Part shown: positions 36,032-49,440 of the stretch, one piece after another | Numbering within the stretch: position 1 is the first letter of the stretch | How the letters are laid out: every line of letters begins with the position of its first letter | From: Diadema setosum | Taxonomy: Eukaryota | NCBI RefSeq assembly: GCF_964275005.1 | Contig: NC_092698.1 | Coordinates: forward strand, 37,680,597 to 37,744,596 | Direction: 5' to 3' | Length of the DNA: 64,000 nt | Program-made: the position numbers and the translations under genes | Notes under the pieces: model-generated | Databases searched by the model: none | What the model was told of the DNA's origin: nothing | The model's input: the letters and a program-made list of their open reading frames with translations, nothing else

Positions 36032-38566
36032 CAGGCGCTGGCGATCACCCTTTTAAGTGTGATCTTGTTGCGTGCAAACATTAGCATGTAATGACCTCAC
36101 CTTTGCTTCACTCCTAAAGTCAGAGTCAAGAACAATGGACAATATGGAATGTGTCCTTCTGAAGAAGGGGGAAAAAAGATTTGCCTTCAAATTTGATTCA
36201 TGCGATTGTGTTATGAGATGAGCTTAATTCAGGAAATTCTGAATGAAGGAAGCAGTTTGTGCCCTGGCCAGCTAGAAATGATGACTGTTGGATTCAGAAA
36301 TAGGTTTGGTAGTGGGGTAGATCGTGATGCAATGGTGGATTGAGGGAATAAAGTCAATTGGTTGGTCAGATAGGTGAGTGGTAACCCTGACTCATCCACA
36401 GGACCTTTGTTTGTGGTCATGTGACCTGTCTTGCCAGCCATGCCACTGATGTCATTATATCTACAGTTGTTGATGGCAGAAGGAGATAAGAGACAGGGAC
36501 ATAGGCATGACAAACTGTGATATCAGTTTGGACTTTTGTTGGTGTTGTCTCCAAGCTGGTCTTTACGGGTTGTCCTTGACCTTGTGAGTTTATCAGTGGG
36601 TTAGGTTAGTATGGTAGAAGTATATGACTGACAAACAGTTGTCCAAGTCATATTGGGGTGGCGCCAATGTTATGCTGTACACAGATTATTTTTTGTTCCT
36701 TACCAACCAAGTTTTATGGAGAATGATCATTTGCTCACTCTGCCCCATCACTTTGTTACACTCCCCATCTTATTTGAAGGACTCATCTACAGCACCAAAG
36801 TTTCAAACCGTCCTTGAAACATATTAATTCAAAAACCATATTGAATGAGTGTATGTTTGCATTTAAGAGCATAGTTCTGACAGTGATATGCCCTAAAAAA
36901 AAAAGAATTGTATTATCATTGTTATAACACTGGTCAATATGAAATACCTACCTCTTCTGTACAATTTTGATATTTCGTTTTTTGGGGCCATTCAGTCTCT
37001 TTAATTTTTATTTTTTATTCTTTTTTTTTTTTGTGGGAAGCAATCTTTCGTTCAGACATGAATGTATGAATTAGATTCATTTGTTTCTCTTTTTGACTTT
37101 TATGTGAGATACTGTCCTTCAATCAGCATTACACATCTCTACGTATTAGCAATGAAATATGTGACACATAAGGAACAAACAAATGCATGTATACTTTGTG
37201 CAATTCATTCTCATTTACTCATATTGAATCACAGAGTATTGCAGTGCTCCTGTTAATAGTATGTTAATTTTGTAGCATCAAACATATGTGGAAAGTTCAT
37301 TTAAAAGTTGGAGGGATATTCATCTACAGCTGCATCTGAGTCATGATGGAAAATTGGAATTATATTCATCAGCATTAGAAGAAATATTGCAGCCTTACTG
37401 TGCAAAGACATGCTATCAATCAAGATCCCCCATTAGGCTAATTAATGTCGCAACAAAATGGATTGTGAGTGATATGTAATTGGACCACGTCACAGCTTAT
37501 TAAATTTCACCTCATCTATGTCCATGGTATTTGATTGAGGCAGTCTGATTTTATGCCTCTGACTCATAGCCAAATGTTTTCTAATGTGGCTTCTCATAAT
37601 TACAAGTAGAACATTAGCAATAATCAATGCATGCATTGGGATAGATTAAAAATCAAGTGAGCATGTACATAGATCCCTTACAGTTCTTCTGTGACTTACA
37701 TAGTGGTTGTAGGGGACAGTTCATTTCAGAGCAATCAAAATCTCATTCCAGAATTTATAAACTTCTGTTCTGGACCACCAACACCATCAACAAAGTGACA
37801 GTTTATGAGAAGAATTGTTCAGTGAAATTTGACCAAAAATTATTTGATGAGACTGTGAATTTTAAGTAAGATTTGTGCTACAGGTGAAAATGATGTGGAT
37901 AATATCTATGAATTCCATTGCAATTGATGAATGGTGAAACAAAGTTTACGAAGATGTGAGTATTCAGCTGCCTGGAAGGTTAAGTCTCATGTCAGAAACC
38001 ACTGAGGGTTTCATCCCACTCTTCAAATGTGATGACAGGGTGCAAATATTCCCCCCTTGTCCCGGCAGGGGTGTGTAGGTTGACCTCCCCACTGTTAATC
38101 CTAGATGTCATTCTCTTTGCTGCTACTTACTAACTACTCACAAGACTTGCACTGGTATATCTACCCCCTTGAAATCTAAAATATCCGGAGTAGGGATATT
38201 GTGTATTCTATTTTTAGCTAATTCTCTGTTCAAAGATGAATATCTTGTGACGTTTCACTTGGAAATGAACAGTTTTAGTCTTGTCAAGTTTGTTTTGACA
38301 TGCTATTTTGAACATGAGAAATTGTGATAAAGCAGGCTCTGTAATTGGCACTTAAAGGGCTACATCTGTGAAGTATACACAATAGTAAGACTCCCAAATA
38401 TCATGATCTTGTCTGCTGATACTAGAGAAATATTAAGTCAGGCTACCATCTTGTCCATGACATAAAAGAAAGGTCTTGTCCACCGGTCTTGTCAGAAGTA
38501 AATTCTTCTATTTCATGCCAGCCCAATTAGTAGATCAAGACATTTTTTACAATTCACAAGATGATG

Positions 38567-39132
38567 TTAAAGGACAAGTTCACCTTCATTAACATAAGGA
38601 TTGAGAGAATGCAGCAATATTAGTAGAACACATCAGTGAAAGTTTGAGGAAAATTGGACAATCGATGCAAAAGTTATGAATTTTTTAAATTTTTGTGTTG
38701 GAACCGCTGGATGAGGAGACTACCAAGGCTCGTGATGTCATATGAGTACAACAATATAAAGAAAATGTAAAGAAAATTCATCATATTTTCACTTTTTTCG
38801 CATTATAAAAGAGCACTTGACTTGCCTCTTTCTAAAGGCAATTGGAATAATATTACCCATAACATATGTCAGTAACGAGTCAAGGGAATGTGTACTTTTT
38901 TCAAAAGATGAAATTTTGTGAAATTCTCTTTATATTTTCCTTATATTGTTGTACGCATGTGACATCATACACTGCATTAGTCTTCTCATCCAGCGGTGAC
39001 TTCACAAAAACTTCAAAAATTCATAATTTTTGAACGGATTGTCCGATTTTCCTCAAACTTTCAATGATGTGTTCTACTAATATTGTTACATTCTCTCAAT
39101 CCTTATGTTAATGAAGGTGAACTTGTCCTTAA
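38567..39132. mobile_element. Intact family-B MITE (566 bp, long hairpin; TTAA at both ends)
   Basis: The termini ttaaaggacaagttcaccttcattaacataaggattgagagaatg and cattctctcaatccttatgttaatgaaggtgaacttgtccttaa are perfect inverted repeats. There is further internal self-complementarity, for example ggaaccgctggatgaggagac with its reverse complement gtctcctcatccagcggttcc. There is no ORF. Confidence 0.8.
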
Positions 39133-39220
39133 AGACATTTTGTTTGATTCCTTTTTACTCCTGCACTTCAGCCATATGTAGAAATTGTTCTAGGGCAATC
39201 ATCCCCTAGACAATTGCCCC

Positions 39221-39322
39221 AGACCCTGACCCTAACCCTAGTCCTAATCCTGAACCTAATCCTAACCCTAACCCAAACTCTAACCCTAAACCTAACCTTA
39301 ACCCTAATCTTAACTCAAACCT
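39221..39322. repeat. Degenerate telomere-like (CCCTAA)n tract
   Basis: ccctgaccctaaccctagtcctaatcctgaacctaatcctaaccctaacccaaactctaaccctaaacctaaccttaaccctaatcttaactcaaacc. This is the reverse complement of (TTAGGG)n with substitutions. It lies about 90 bp from the MITE at 38567-39132. Confidence 0.6.
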
Positions 39323-41983
39323 TATCACATGCCCTGATACGGTAGAAATTGTTGATTTGGCTATGCATCCGAAGATTGAAATGTTTCATTTTCTTCACTT
39401 ATTTCACTGGTTCCGATGAGTTATTATGGTATATCAAAGGCATGCTAAAATTTTTGGTTTTACAAAAATTCACACCTTTCCTTATAATTATAAAACTGGC
39501 AACTTCTTGATGATGGAAGGGGCTGCAATGTATAGATTTCCAGTGAATTTATTTGGAAAGTGAAAAATTCTGACCGTTATTTTCAGTACAAAAAGGGAGA
39601 GTATTTTTTTTTACTGACATGGGGTTAGTTTTCCATTTCTTAAAAAAAAAAAAAAAAAGATTTTCATACACAAAGTTGGGAGACATCATTTTTAACCATG
39701 CAAAATTTTGTGATGTGTACAAAGGGGATTATATGACCTTGAAGTATCATTTCTACTCAGCACACACACATCTCAACATCTCCATAATTATATATAATTG
39801 ATGCCATGCTGCACGTGAGTAATATTCAAGGTATACTCTGAAGATGTTGACAACATATTGTTAAAGAAGAGGCACCTTGGTGACTGCTGTACCACCTCTC
39901 TTTTTCTCATGGTTCCTGATACTGTTGCTCCAGTACCTCTTTGAAGCCTCCAAGATTCAGTTAGCTGATAATCAGCGTGATCTTCCATCATGTGATTGTA
40001 CTTGTGATACACTGCCCTTTACCTGTCCATGCAGAACTGACACAGTCCTTGCTGTGTGTATACGGATTTATTATTGGGTATTCTTTGCTTGGTATTGGAT
40101 TTCATTATCTGGGACTTTTTTTGGGTCTCGTTTCACCTCCAACTGCCATTATTCCAAGCTCTGAGGTTACAAAAGTGTAATTTTCTTCTCCGCCTTGTCA
40201 TGAGACCAGGAGGTACAGGGGGAATCAAAGGAACTGTGATCATGGGAGAAGGAAGAGTAAGTGGGACTAAGTTGCTGCAAAGATACGGATGCACCAATAT
40301 CCTCCTTTTCATGACAAATACTGTAAAACCAGAAATTTTTGTGTACATTCAATTTTACGAATTTTGGGAAAACATTCGCGAAATTAAAATGCGTGCAGAA
40401 GTTCGTGTCTACACCACGCATTGAATGCCACTGGCAATTCATGAAAATTCATGGCGTGAAAATTTTTTGCTTTACATCGCAAAAATCATTATCTTCATGG
40501 TATTTTTCCTTCCAAAATGTATGGTGTAAGCAGTCACTGTAATTTTTGGGAAATTTCTGAGCAAAAGTGTTCGAAAAAAATTGCTATTCCTGGCTGAATA
40601 ACTTTGAAATAATGATCAGTGAGATATATCACGATTTGAGACTGGAGCATAATTGCATTTTAGTATCAAGATTTTGTATAAAACTATTTATATATAGTAC
40701 ATGGTGAGGCAGTGATATCATCAACCCCCACATTTGCATATTCATGTTGACCCTTCAAGAAGTGTTTTTTGAAAATAAGCGAACTTTCACAATTTTATAA
40801 CTTCCTGAATATTTGTCTAATTTTATAACTTTTTAGAAGAACTGAGCATTTATTACTCTGAATCCTTATTTTTCTGTAGCTTAATATCGACAGAATATTA
40901 GAGACTTTTGTTGGAAGTATGACCACCTAGTGTACCTTCTTCAAAGTGGAAACATTGTTGAACAGTGCCTTTAAGCTGAATGTTTGTCTGGGAGGATTAT
41001 GATTGTGGTCATAGCATCCTACAACCCTCTCAGTCCAGAGCTAGGCCCCAAATAGTATGTTTAATAGCCAGTCAATGACACCCTCAAGGTTGAATCTTTA
41101 TTCTCATCTAATTCCCTCCTATAAATGAGTACAGCTGCCATCCTAGACTCACTAATCCAGGATTATGCTGTCTTGAGGACCCCAGCTATCCATTGCCCAA
41201 CTCTGTATGCATCAAATCGTATATACTGGATGAAGTGTAGGCATCTCAAAACAATATCTGTATGGTGTGTATGATGAATCAGACCATAGAACCAATTGTT
41301 TAGTCTCTCTTGATGCCTTGTTCTCTGTGTATTGATGGATGTTATGTTTCATCTGACAAAAGATAGTAATGAATTGCTAAAACCAAGACTTACTTTCCCA
41401 TTCAGTTTACAATGTTCAATTCTGTTTAGCACCGATTTCACTGGAAGGGTTTAATGTAGGTTGACACGATGAGCTAGTCATTTTGTAATACCTCATAAGA
41501 AACAAACAGTGACGTACTTTTGACGGACTGCTAATGGCAGAATTCCAATGAGGAGTGCAAGCATTCATGCAGACTTACCAATGTAAAGACTCAGATAGTA
41601 CTTTGTTTTGCAAATGCATGAAAGACTGCTATTTTGATTTAATACCGGTAGTAGGGATTTCCCCCCATGTGTTACACTCTGGATGAGAAGGAGAGAAGCA
41701 CATTGTGATATATAACAGTCAGACATGATAGACAATAATGAGTTCTGGGACAAAGTAGTGTGGCATTCAGAGTCAAAGTAAACATTGAAAGGTAAACAAG
41801 TTCAATCAAGAAAAATGTTCATTCCTGTTTAGTGAGATGTATCATTGTCTTTGTAAGGCTGTTGCACTTCAATACCTTTTTTTTTTCTTTTGCACATCAG
41901 AAGTGTTTACTCTGTGACTATGATTTGATTAATTACCAGGTACAGTTTCTTCTTCCTCTTTTCTTTCTTTTGTTTACCTGCAG

Positions 41984-42103
41984 GTTGGTCAGTTCTTCTG
42001 TCCTTCCGCGGTCACTGCCCTGTCCACCCAGTCTGGGGCCAGTAGAGATGTACTCTGTGGTGACCGTCTGGGCAACATCTACCTGCTGACGTGGAAGGAC
42101 TAA
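41984..42103 (+). CDS. WD40-repeat protein, terminal coding exon; VGQFFCPSAVTALSTQSGASRDVLCGDRLGNIYLLTWKD*
   Basis: Acceptor ttgtttacctgcag ends at 41983. The frame is open from the phase-0 junction to TAA at 42101-42103. It follows a roughly 24-kb intron. Confidence 0.65.
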   Translation, partial: VGQFFCPSAVTALSTQSGASRDVLCGDRLGNIYLLTWKD

Positions 42104-45100
42104 ACTGACCTTAGGTCAACTCACGAAATCTGAGACTCACTACCCTAGCTATCATTCCTTGTGTTTCAAAACGGACTTTATAGAATGTAGTGCAATTTCT
42201 TTTTCTACTTTGATACTCGTCATTAGTGATGAGTGTGTTTGTTCAGGAGACGTAACGGCACGTGTAATCTGTAGATTCACATCATGCAGTCATGTAGGTC
42301 TGTTTTCCCATTTCCAGCGCGATTTCCTTTATGCAAAAAAAAAATAATAATAATAATAAAAAAATAGTTTGAAATTTACTTAAGAATATTTTTTTTCTAC
42401 CAGCAGAGAGCTTTAGATCTATTTTGTTTTATAACCTTTACTCTGAAAGGAAAAAGAAAGAGGAAATTATATCATGACTATCTGTAGCAGACTTTTTGAG
42501 ATTTAAGATGCCTTGTATCTTCTGAGAGAAATAGAGATATTAATATTATATATATCATTCTATTCATGTATGTCTAAAATGTGTGTGTTTTAATATTATG
42601 TGTGCTTATATTCTTCTGAATGATTAATTGTTTTGATACTAGTGATTTCTAATGCAAAGCTTTCCAAGCAATTTCAGCAGCTCTGTATCTCACAAGAAAG
42701 AAGAGCAGAAAACTGCCAGCAATCACGACAAGTAAATCAAATTTACCACTTTCCAACTGCTTCAATTTCATAAGTTTGCAACCAAGTTGCATTTGAATAT
42801 TTGGCTAGTTGAGAAAAATAGCATCTGTTAATTCAATATTATTTCTTGTGGGTTCGAGAGAAAATCCTCTTTCCTAGTAGTAGAAGTGTACACTGATGAA
42901 TAGTAGTAACACCCCACTGCAAAGACCATGCTACACTAAAGACACAGAGTGTATCAGGGTGGTTTAAATTAGTACAGTTCATTCCTGTTGTATCAAACAC
43001 ATTATAAAAAAATTTTGTTACAACAGAGCAAAAAAAAAAAAAAGAATATCATCTTTATATCTTTATATACTCTATTTGTTCAGCTGAAACAAAATTTTGA
43101 TAATATAATGAAAGAAAAATGCCAGTCCCCAGGACTTCATTATAAATGGAGTGACCTGTAGTAAAGATTCTTTTCACATTTCTATAGCATAAATGTTGTA
43201 ATATTTGTAGCATGCCTTGTCACATTACTCATATTCTTGTCAACAAATGAATGTGCCATGTTAAATGAAGAATCCATATTTTAGAACAGTTTGATTTGTG
43301 TGGCACCAATGTGTTTTGTATGTCAGCATTTTCAAAGCATAAAATTGCTGAGATGTGCCATTGATTTAATATGTCATCATGGCATTGGTCTTTGTGATGG
43401 ATAACTTTCTAATTACAATACATACCTTATTTTTAAGAGTTACATAACCAAACAGCCTAGAATTCAGATGTCAAAGTCTATCATGAATGATGCAATTATG
43501 ATGATGAGGGTAAACTTCAATATAGATTATTGCTTGTATCACCAGATTGAATGAGAAAAGGTGTTCACCTAGATTTTGTTTTTTATTTTACTTTGTTTTA
43601 ATGTGTGACTGGAGTGTTGATTGTGTTTGCTAAATTTTTGTCAGCTGTAGTTTACTGGAGTGATGGTTGAAATGAGAAATACCTGCAAAGATATGATATA
43701 GTGATCAAGTTTGTTTTCAAGGAACTTTTTATCTGTTTGACATAGTCTGTTCGAGATATCAGTTTAGTATACTTTGACAATGACTTTGATATGACTATTG
43801 AAAGAACCTTTTGATCGCTGTGCCCATTTTGTATTATAAAAAAACCCCACAAGAATTATAGTTAAGTGTATTGCGGCTTTAGCTATAAGTTTCCATATGA
43901 ACTGTAGTAAGATAGGCTCTTCTCATGAGTGCATGATTTGTAATTGCAACATTTCTTCTAACCACTAGTATTGTATGCATCAATGTAATAATCACTAAAT
44001 GTGCAAACTGTGCAGAGATACATTTATTTCAACTTTGTGTGTATTTTCCAGAGCTAGTAAAGCTTTCCATGCCATTGGATATGTTAGTATTTCTGTTAGT
44101 TCTAAAGACTTTTATTTCATTTGTGTAAGAGTTGATAACTGTATGTTCTTTTATGTCAGAGTTGATGCTGAGTCTATTTTTTCCCAGAGATATTTAATAT
44201 ACAGTAATATCATGATGCAAAACAACTATATAATCTGCATTGCTGAGATAGCGTATATGCAATAGCTTGAAAATGGCAAGAATGATATCTAGATTTTCTA
44301 TGGGTTGAGTGTATTTCTCACCTTTTCTGATTCTTCAATAGAGTTTATTGTTTATAAACTGACTTGACTGACAAAGATTGATAGTCAATAAACAAATTTC
44401 TTTTAGATGAATGGATCAGTTTTTGTGTGTGTCAGCAATCAATTTATTGTATTTCTAGCAAGTGTAGTTAAATGACAGAAAAGGTAATGATATGTTTGTT
44501 TGTGTGTGTGTGTGTGTCTGCATGCATCCTTGTCAGTTTTTCAGTAGTGGACAATGACCATGCAGAAATGCATCTGCATTCGTCGACACACCTTATTCAA
44601 AGATATGCTTGGTAAAAAGTTTCAATAGGTATTGTATCTTGACAAGAAACGAGTTGAAAAATATCAAGTGGTCAACTGAGAATACACACACACACACACA
44701 TACACACACACACACATGCACCAAACAAATACAAGGTCTTGTATGAATGCCTAGAATATATTGTCTTGCATGTGCAATGGACATCCTTTTAGTAGACGTC
44801 TAAATGGTGTGATGCCAAAAGCGGTAGACTTGACAGCATCGTGTGCTGGAAGAACGATGACAGGTCATTTTCAGTCATTTGGAAATATAGATCTATGTAT
44901 GCATCAATACACTTATTGAGTGTGTGTTCTTTTTTTTTTTGGTAGTGTTTTTCTTGTATTGTTTTATTGTTTTGTTGTTGTTTGTTCATGTGTAAGTGCA
45001 TTTATATGTGTATGTGGCATGAAGCATGCCTCTACATACTTAATTTCTTGCCAGGTGCATCTGTGTAAGAGATTGCAAGGAAAATTAATGTGTGTGATGT

Positions 45101-45104
45101 GTGA

Positions 45105-45108
45105 TGTG

Positions 45109-45164
<56 letters not shown>

Positions 45165-45170
45165 CATATA
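45105..45170. repeat. (TA)n microsatellite (~30 units) inside a (CA)n/(GT)n microsatellite cluster spanning 44500-45290
   Basis: gtatatatatatatatat...atata. Flanking tracts are (GT)n at 44500-44520, (CA)n at 44685-44715 and (GT)n at 45235-45285. Confidence 0.9.
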
Positions 45171-45230
45171 CATATAGGTATATACTTTTGTGGTGTATGC
45201 ATAGTGTGTACATAGAGAATTTGGTATTCA

Positions 45231-45277
<47 letters not shown>

Positions 45278-45355
45278 CGTGTGTCATTGGATATGCTTCT
45301 GTGTTTCACATTGGTACATTTCATGAAACTATAATTCTACGTTATGTCACAATGG

Positions 45356-45548
45356 CCCGAATTCTCAAAGCTGGAATAACTATTCCGCGGAATAGTTATT
45401 CCGGGGAATAAGTTATTCCATCTTTGAGAATAGATTCCGGGGAATAGATCGCATCATTTTACGTCACGAGGGCCTAATTTGCATAAGAGGCGTAATAAAT
45501 CGGCGGAATAAGCGGTGTAATAAAGTTATTCCACCTTTGAGAATTCGG
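45356..45548. mobile_element. Family-E MITE (~193 bp), TIR CCCGAATTCTCAAAG[CG]TGGAATAAC
   Basis: The left end is cccgaattctcaaagctggaataactattcc. The right end is gttattccacctttgagaattcggg. The interior consists of GGAATA/TATTCC palindromic sub-repeats. Confidence 0.7.
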
Positions 45549-48500
45549 GTCAATGACTATAATATTTCAGTCACTGAGATGATATTGAAATTTATTATTT
45601 CCAAACTATTATATTACATACAATTACCTTTTTTCAACATTTTTTTTTCTACCAAAACGCGTACATGATAAACAGAATGTGCAGATGTATACGCTTACAT
45701 GTAACACACATCACAAAAAGAAGCAAGATGTTCTCACATTTATTGAAAATTATCCTGCGTTGTAGTGGACTTTTTAATTTTTATAGAAACTACCGAGGTA
45801 ATTCCCGGTCAATCTCAAGCTCAACTATTCAATTCAGGAGAGACATAGTAACTGAACAATTCACGATGATACTTGCTACTTCGAAAATTTTGGTTGATTT
45901 TATGATCAAAGTAATGACTCACTTTATTACGAAGGAAAATGTCGAGACTGACATTGTAATTTTTCATCTCGCGAAACAAAGCAATCAGAACTAGGACCAC
46001 CACGGTGTTTATTAGATAACCTTGTCTACACCGTTTATTTAAGGTTGTTATATCATTTTATGACACATTCTCTTGTAAATCGGTGATTGATTCGTCGAAT
46101 ACCTGACAGGAACAAACAAATTTCATTGAATGTGGCACAAAAGAAAGTCTACGCGTATGAAAACCTAATTTTGGATAGAGGATTATCGTAAATTTTGAAA
46201 TGCCGTTTTAAGAATGCGTCATTTTGCTCGAGGTCAGCGCTATGATATGAATGGATGGCGCATGCTCGTAAGTGCCAAATCTTATCAACTTGAGGACATA
46301 GCGAAAGTTCTATTTGTGCCAATAAGAATAAATGATGATAAATGTATTGAACATTGGCTCCATTTTTGATTTGCGTCATAACTCATCTACATATTGTTAT
46401 CACGTGAATAGTAAAGAGCAATATTTTCTCGGATGCGATGAATAACTTGCCATAGTTTAAGAAATACATTTATACTTGATTCATTAATTCTTATACAATG
46501 TCTACAATTAAAGAGCGAAAACAAACGAAAAAACGTATTATGAAGCAGAAAGTGTAGACATAAAAATTGACATAATTATGTAGGTTACATTTCTTGAAAC
46601 AAGAACGAGCTACAACTGTTAGCAGTTTATTTTTATTGCCGTGTATAATGGTTTATAGAAACAATGCACAGGAAACGGTTTTATAATGTACATCAAAAAT
46701 TACGTTATATAAGGCGTCAGACATTAATTACAATTTTGCTCTTCAGAAAGTAATCTAAATGTGGGCTAACGACATATCTGTCATAACTAATCATGAGTTT
46801 ATATATGAACTGAAACAAATTAATCATGAAATCGGATTCTTTGCAATAACGATGGAAGTGAATGTCATAAATGTGGGACTCTCGTGCAGATTTTTTTTTT
46901 CATTATTATTACTATAAAAAAGAGATAAGAATAGACGTTCCAGAAATTGTATTGCTCGTAAGATTTTCGGTTGTTACGTGCATGTGAAGGAAGTGAAATA
47001 TATGCAATTTAGATATTGCTCAATGTCGAAATATTTAAGAATTGGATTTCTATTAACAATTCAAATATATAACTATTTTCATGTGAGTTGTAAAGTCGAG
47101 ATTTCAAGATTTGCGAAAGTGATGGGTAACGTGAACCCTGTCGCATGAAATGTGGTCCTGGCTTGCAAATGATTTCCAACAGACTGGCGTCAGATAAAGG
47201 AAAATACTAATTGCCTTGGGCAGCAAAGCAAAAACAAAAACTAGAATAAAAAACAAAGAACAAAGAACACACACACACAAAAAAAAATAGTAACAAAAAA
47301 CCCAAATAAGTTATATTTGTGATTTATACAAGGAAACTTTGATGCATTAATGGGAATGCGTACATTATTAGGAGGACACAGGACAGGATATTGACTCCGA
47401 ACAGAAGATGAAAGGAAGATGAAAGAGAGAGTGATGGGAGAGAGAGAGAGTTCAGAGGAATAGGAAAAAGAAAAGCTTCGTGCACAATAAAAAAACAAAA
47501 ACCATCAGTATATCAACGAAATACGAGCATGAAGACTGACATGTACTGTGCACGATTAAAGGAAGGAAATAGGATTACAAAAGAAGAGAAAAAATAGCAA
47601 GAATTAGGGGGACAGGAGGGGGAAAAGGATGTTCAGGATGGTTCGTGGTATGAAATTGACATGATCGCTCTTCCTCTAAAGTCAGATGGTGTAATACTCC
47701 GTTTATGTAAGATTATGGTATCTTCGAAATTCAAACAACAAAAGTGACTCAAGTATATGGCGCCAGTCAAGGCGACAGGTATAACAACTTTTGACGGGTA
47801 GAACTGGATAGCATTGTTAGTGACAATCACCTCGACCCATCACTCATGTCTTTTGATATGACGTGAAGTTTACTGTCACTTAGTCAAGTCCTTCTATATC
47901 CTTCTTCCTTTCTGTGGAGTTATTCCGACAGACAGATGGATATTGAGTTGTTTCCTGAGATCACGGTGACCTTGATTAACGACAATCCCAAGCTTCCAGC
48001 TCCTATTTCATCCAGTGTTGATTGCACGATGACTAATGACCCCTGTACTATTTGTAAACAGTTATGTCTTCACAATGGTAGCACGAACGCTCAGACAGAC
48101 GTATATAATGAGCATAGATATCACACACGAGCGCACACTTTTTTTTTTTTTTGGTTGTTTTTCAATAATCTTTATTTGATTCCTATAATTTTACATAACA
48201 AAACATTCATCTTGAACGTTCGCATGCACACACACATCACATGCACACAAATCATTCATAATGAAGAAAAAGATCGGATGTAGTCCAATATACGTTGATA
48301 TAACATCACAATCAATGAACAAGAACAGATGAGATGAAGGAGTGGGAGCTGGAGGAGATGAGAACACCAAAGCGAAGAAAGGAAAGAAATCTTTTTTTTT
48401 CTCTTTTTCTCTTTTTTTTTTTTGCAACCATAAAACAAACAAAACACACAATATAAACAATGTACAAATGTCCAGCCTATAGCATTAAAAAGGGTTCAGT

Positions 48501-48700
48501 AAACAAGTCACATTAAACTATCTGCCATAATGGAATAACACAAGAAGATGGATGTCTATGAGATATATGAAAATAGAGGATCAACCATTACAAAAGCATA
48601 GACCACTTCCTCAAATGACATTGTAATTTACCTTTCTTTTGTGCTATAGCATATTCAGTTTTCTGTTTATACTTTACTAAAGCCATAAATGCATCAAAAT

Positions 48701-49440
48701 TCAAAGCTGAACCTTGAAATCTACATCTATATATATATAAAACTTAAGACAAAGAAATAAAAAATTTATACATGTACAAAATTCTACGTCATTATTTACA
48801 CCAAACATCATATTAAAAGGCAAAAAGGTATATACCTTTTTGGTCTTTTCCTCTATGAAATCAAATAATTTTTTCCATAAAAGTAGTGTTTTAGGACAGT
48901 GTACAAATAGATGAAAAGCAGTTTCCTGTTCTTGACTACAAAACATACAGTCTGGGTGTTCTATTTTTTTAATCTTAAATAAGAATGCATTTAAACCAAT
49001 AATATCATGAAAAACCTTAAAATAAAAGGAACGAAGTTGTGTTTCAACAGTACATTTATAGTTATTCATATGAATAACATCCCACTGAACTGTTTCATCA
49101 TTAATGGAGAAGAGGTCTTTCCGCTTACCTATTCTTTTCTCACATGAGGAGTCACAATATACATTTCTTATTACCGAATAAGCATGTTTAGAATTTTTTT
49201 TTTTCACCAGCTCTGACACTATTTTATCAAACATATCTTCATCGGTATCCAAGGAAGAATCAAACCATGAAAGATAGATACCATTCATTAAAGAAAGGAA
49301 AGAAATCTGAAAACAAATGGGTGTTTGACGATGCAAACAAAATAGAATAAGAATTAGGAGTAGGAAAATGTAGAGTTTGTTGAAGAAGGCCGCTTGGGGA
49401 AAGAAGGTGAATTGTATTAAGAAGTGTGAATACAAAACAA
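48701..49440 (-). mobile_element. 5'-truncated non-LTR retrotransposon ORF2 C-terminal fragment with CCHC motif
   Basis: A 244-aa ORF on the - strand ends with HPDCMFCSQEQETAFHLFVHCPKTLLLW, a C-x2-C-x11-H-x4-C motif typical of the LINE ORF2 C-terminus. The poly-T run at about 48137-48152 on the + strand could be its poly(A) tail on the - strand. Confidence 0.55.

Noticed and set aside
42340-42365. AATAAA within the (AAT)n tract as the poly(A) signal of the WD40 gene
   Set aside because: It is embedded in a microsatellite. Other AATAAA candidates (for example about 44387) are equally plausible, so the 3'UTR end cannot be fixed from sequence alone.
45665-45994. 109-aa plus-strand ORF in an AT-rich region
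   Set aside because: It has no recognisable motifs, AT-rich codon usage and no splice signals, so it is likely chance.
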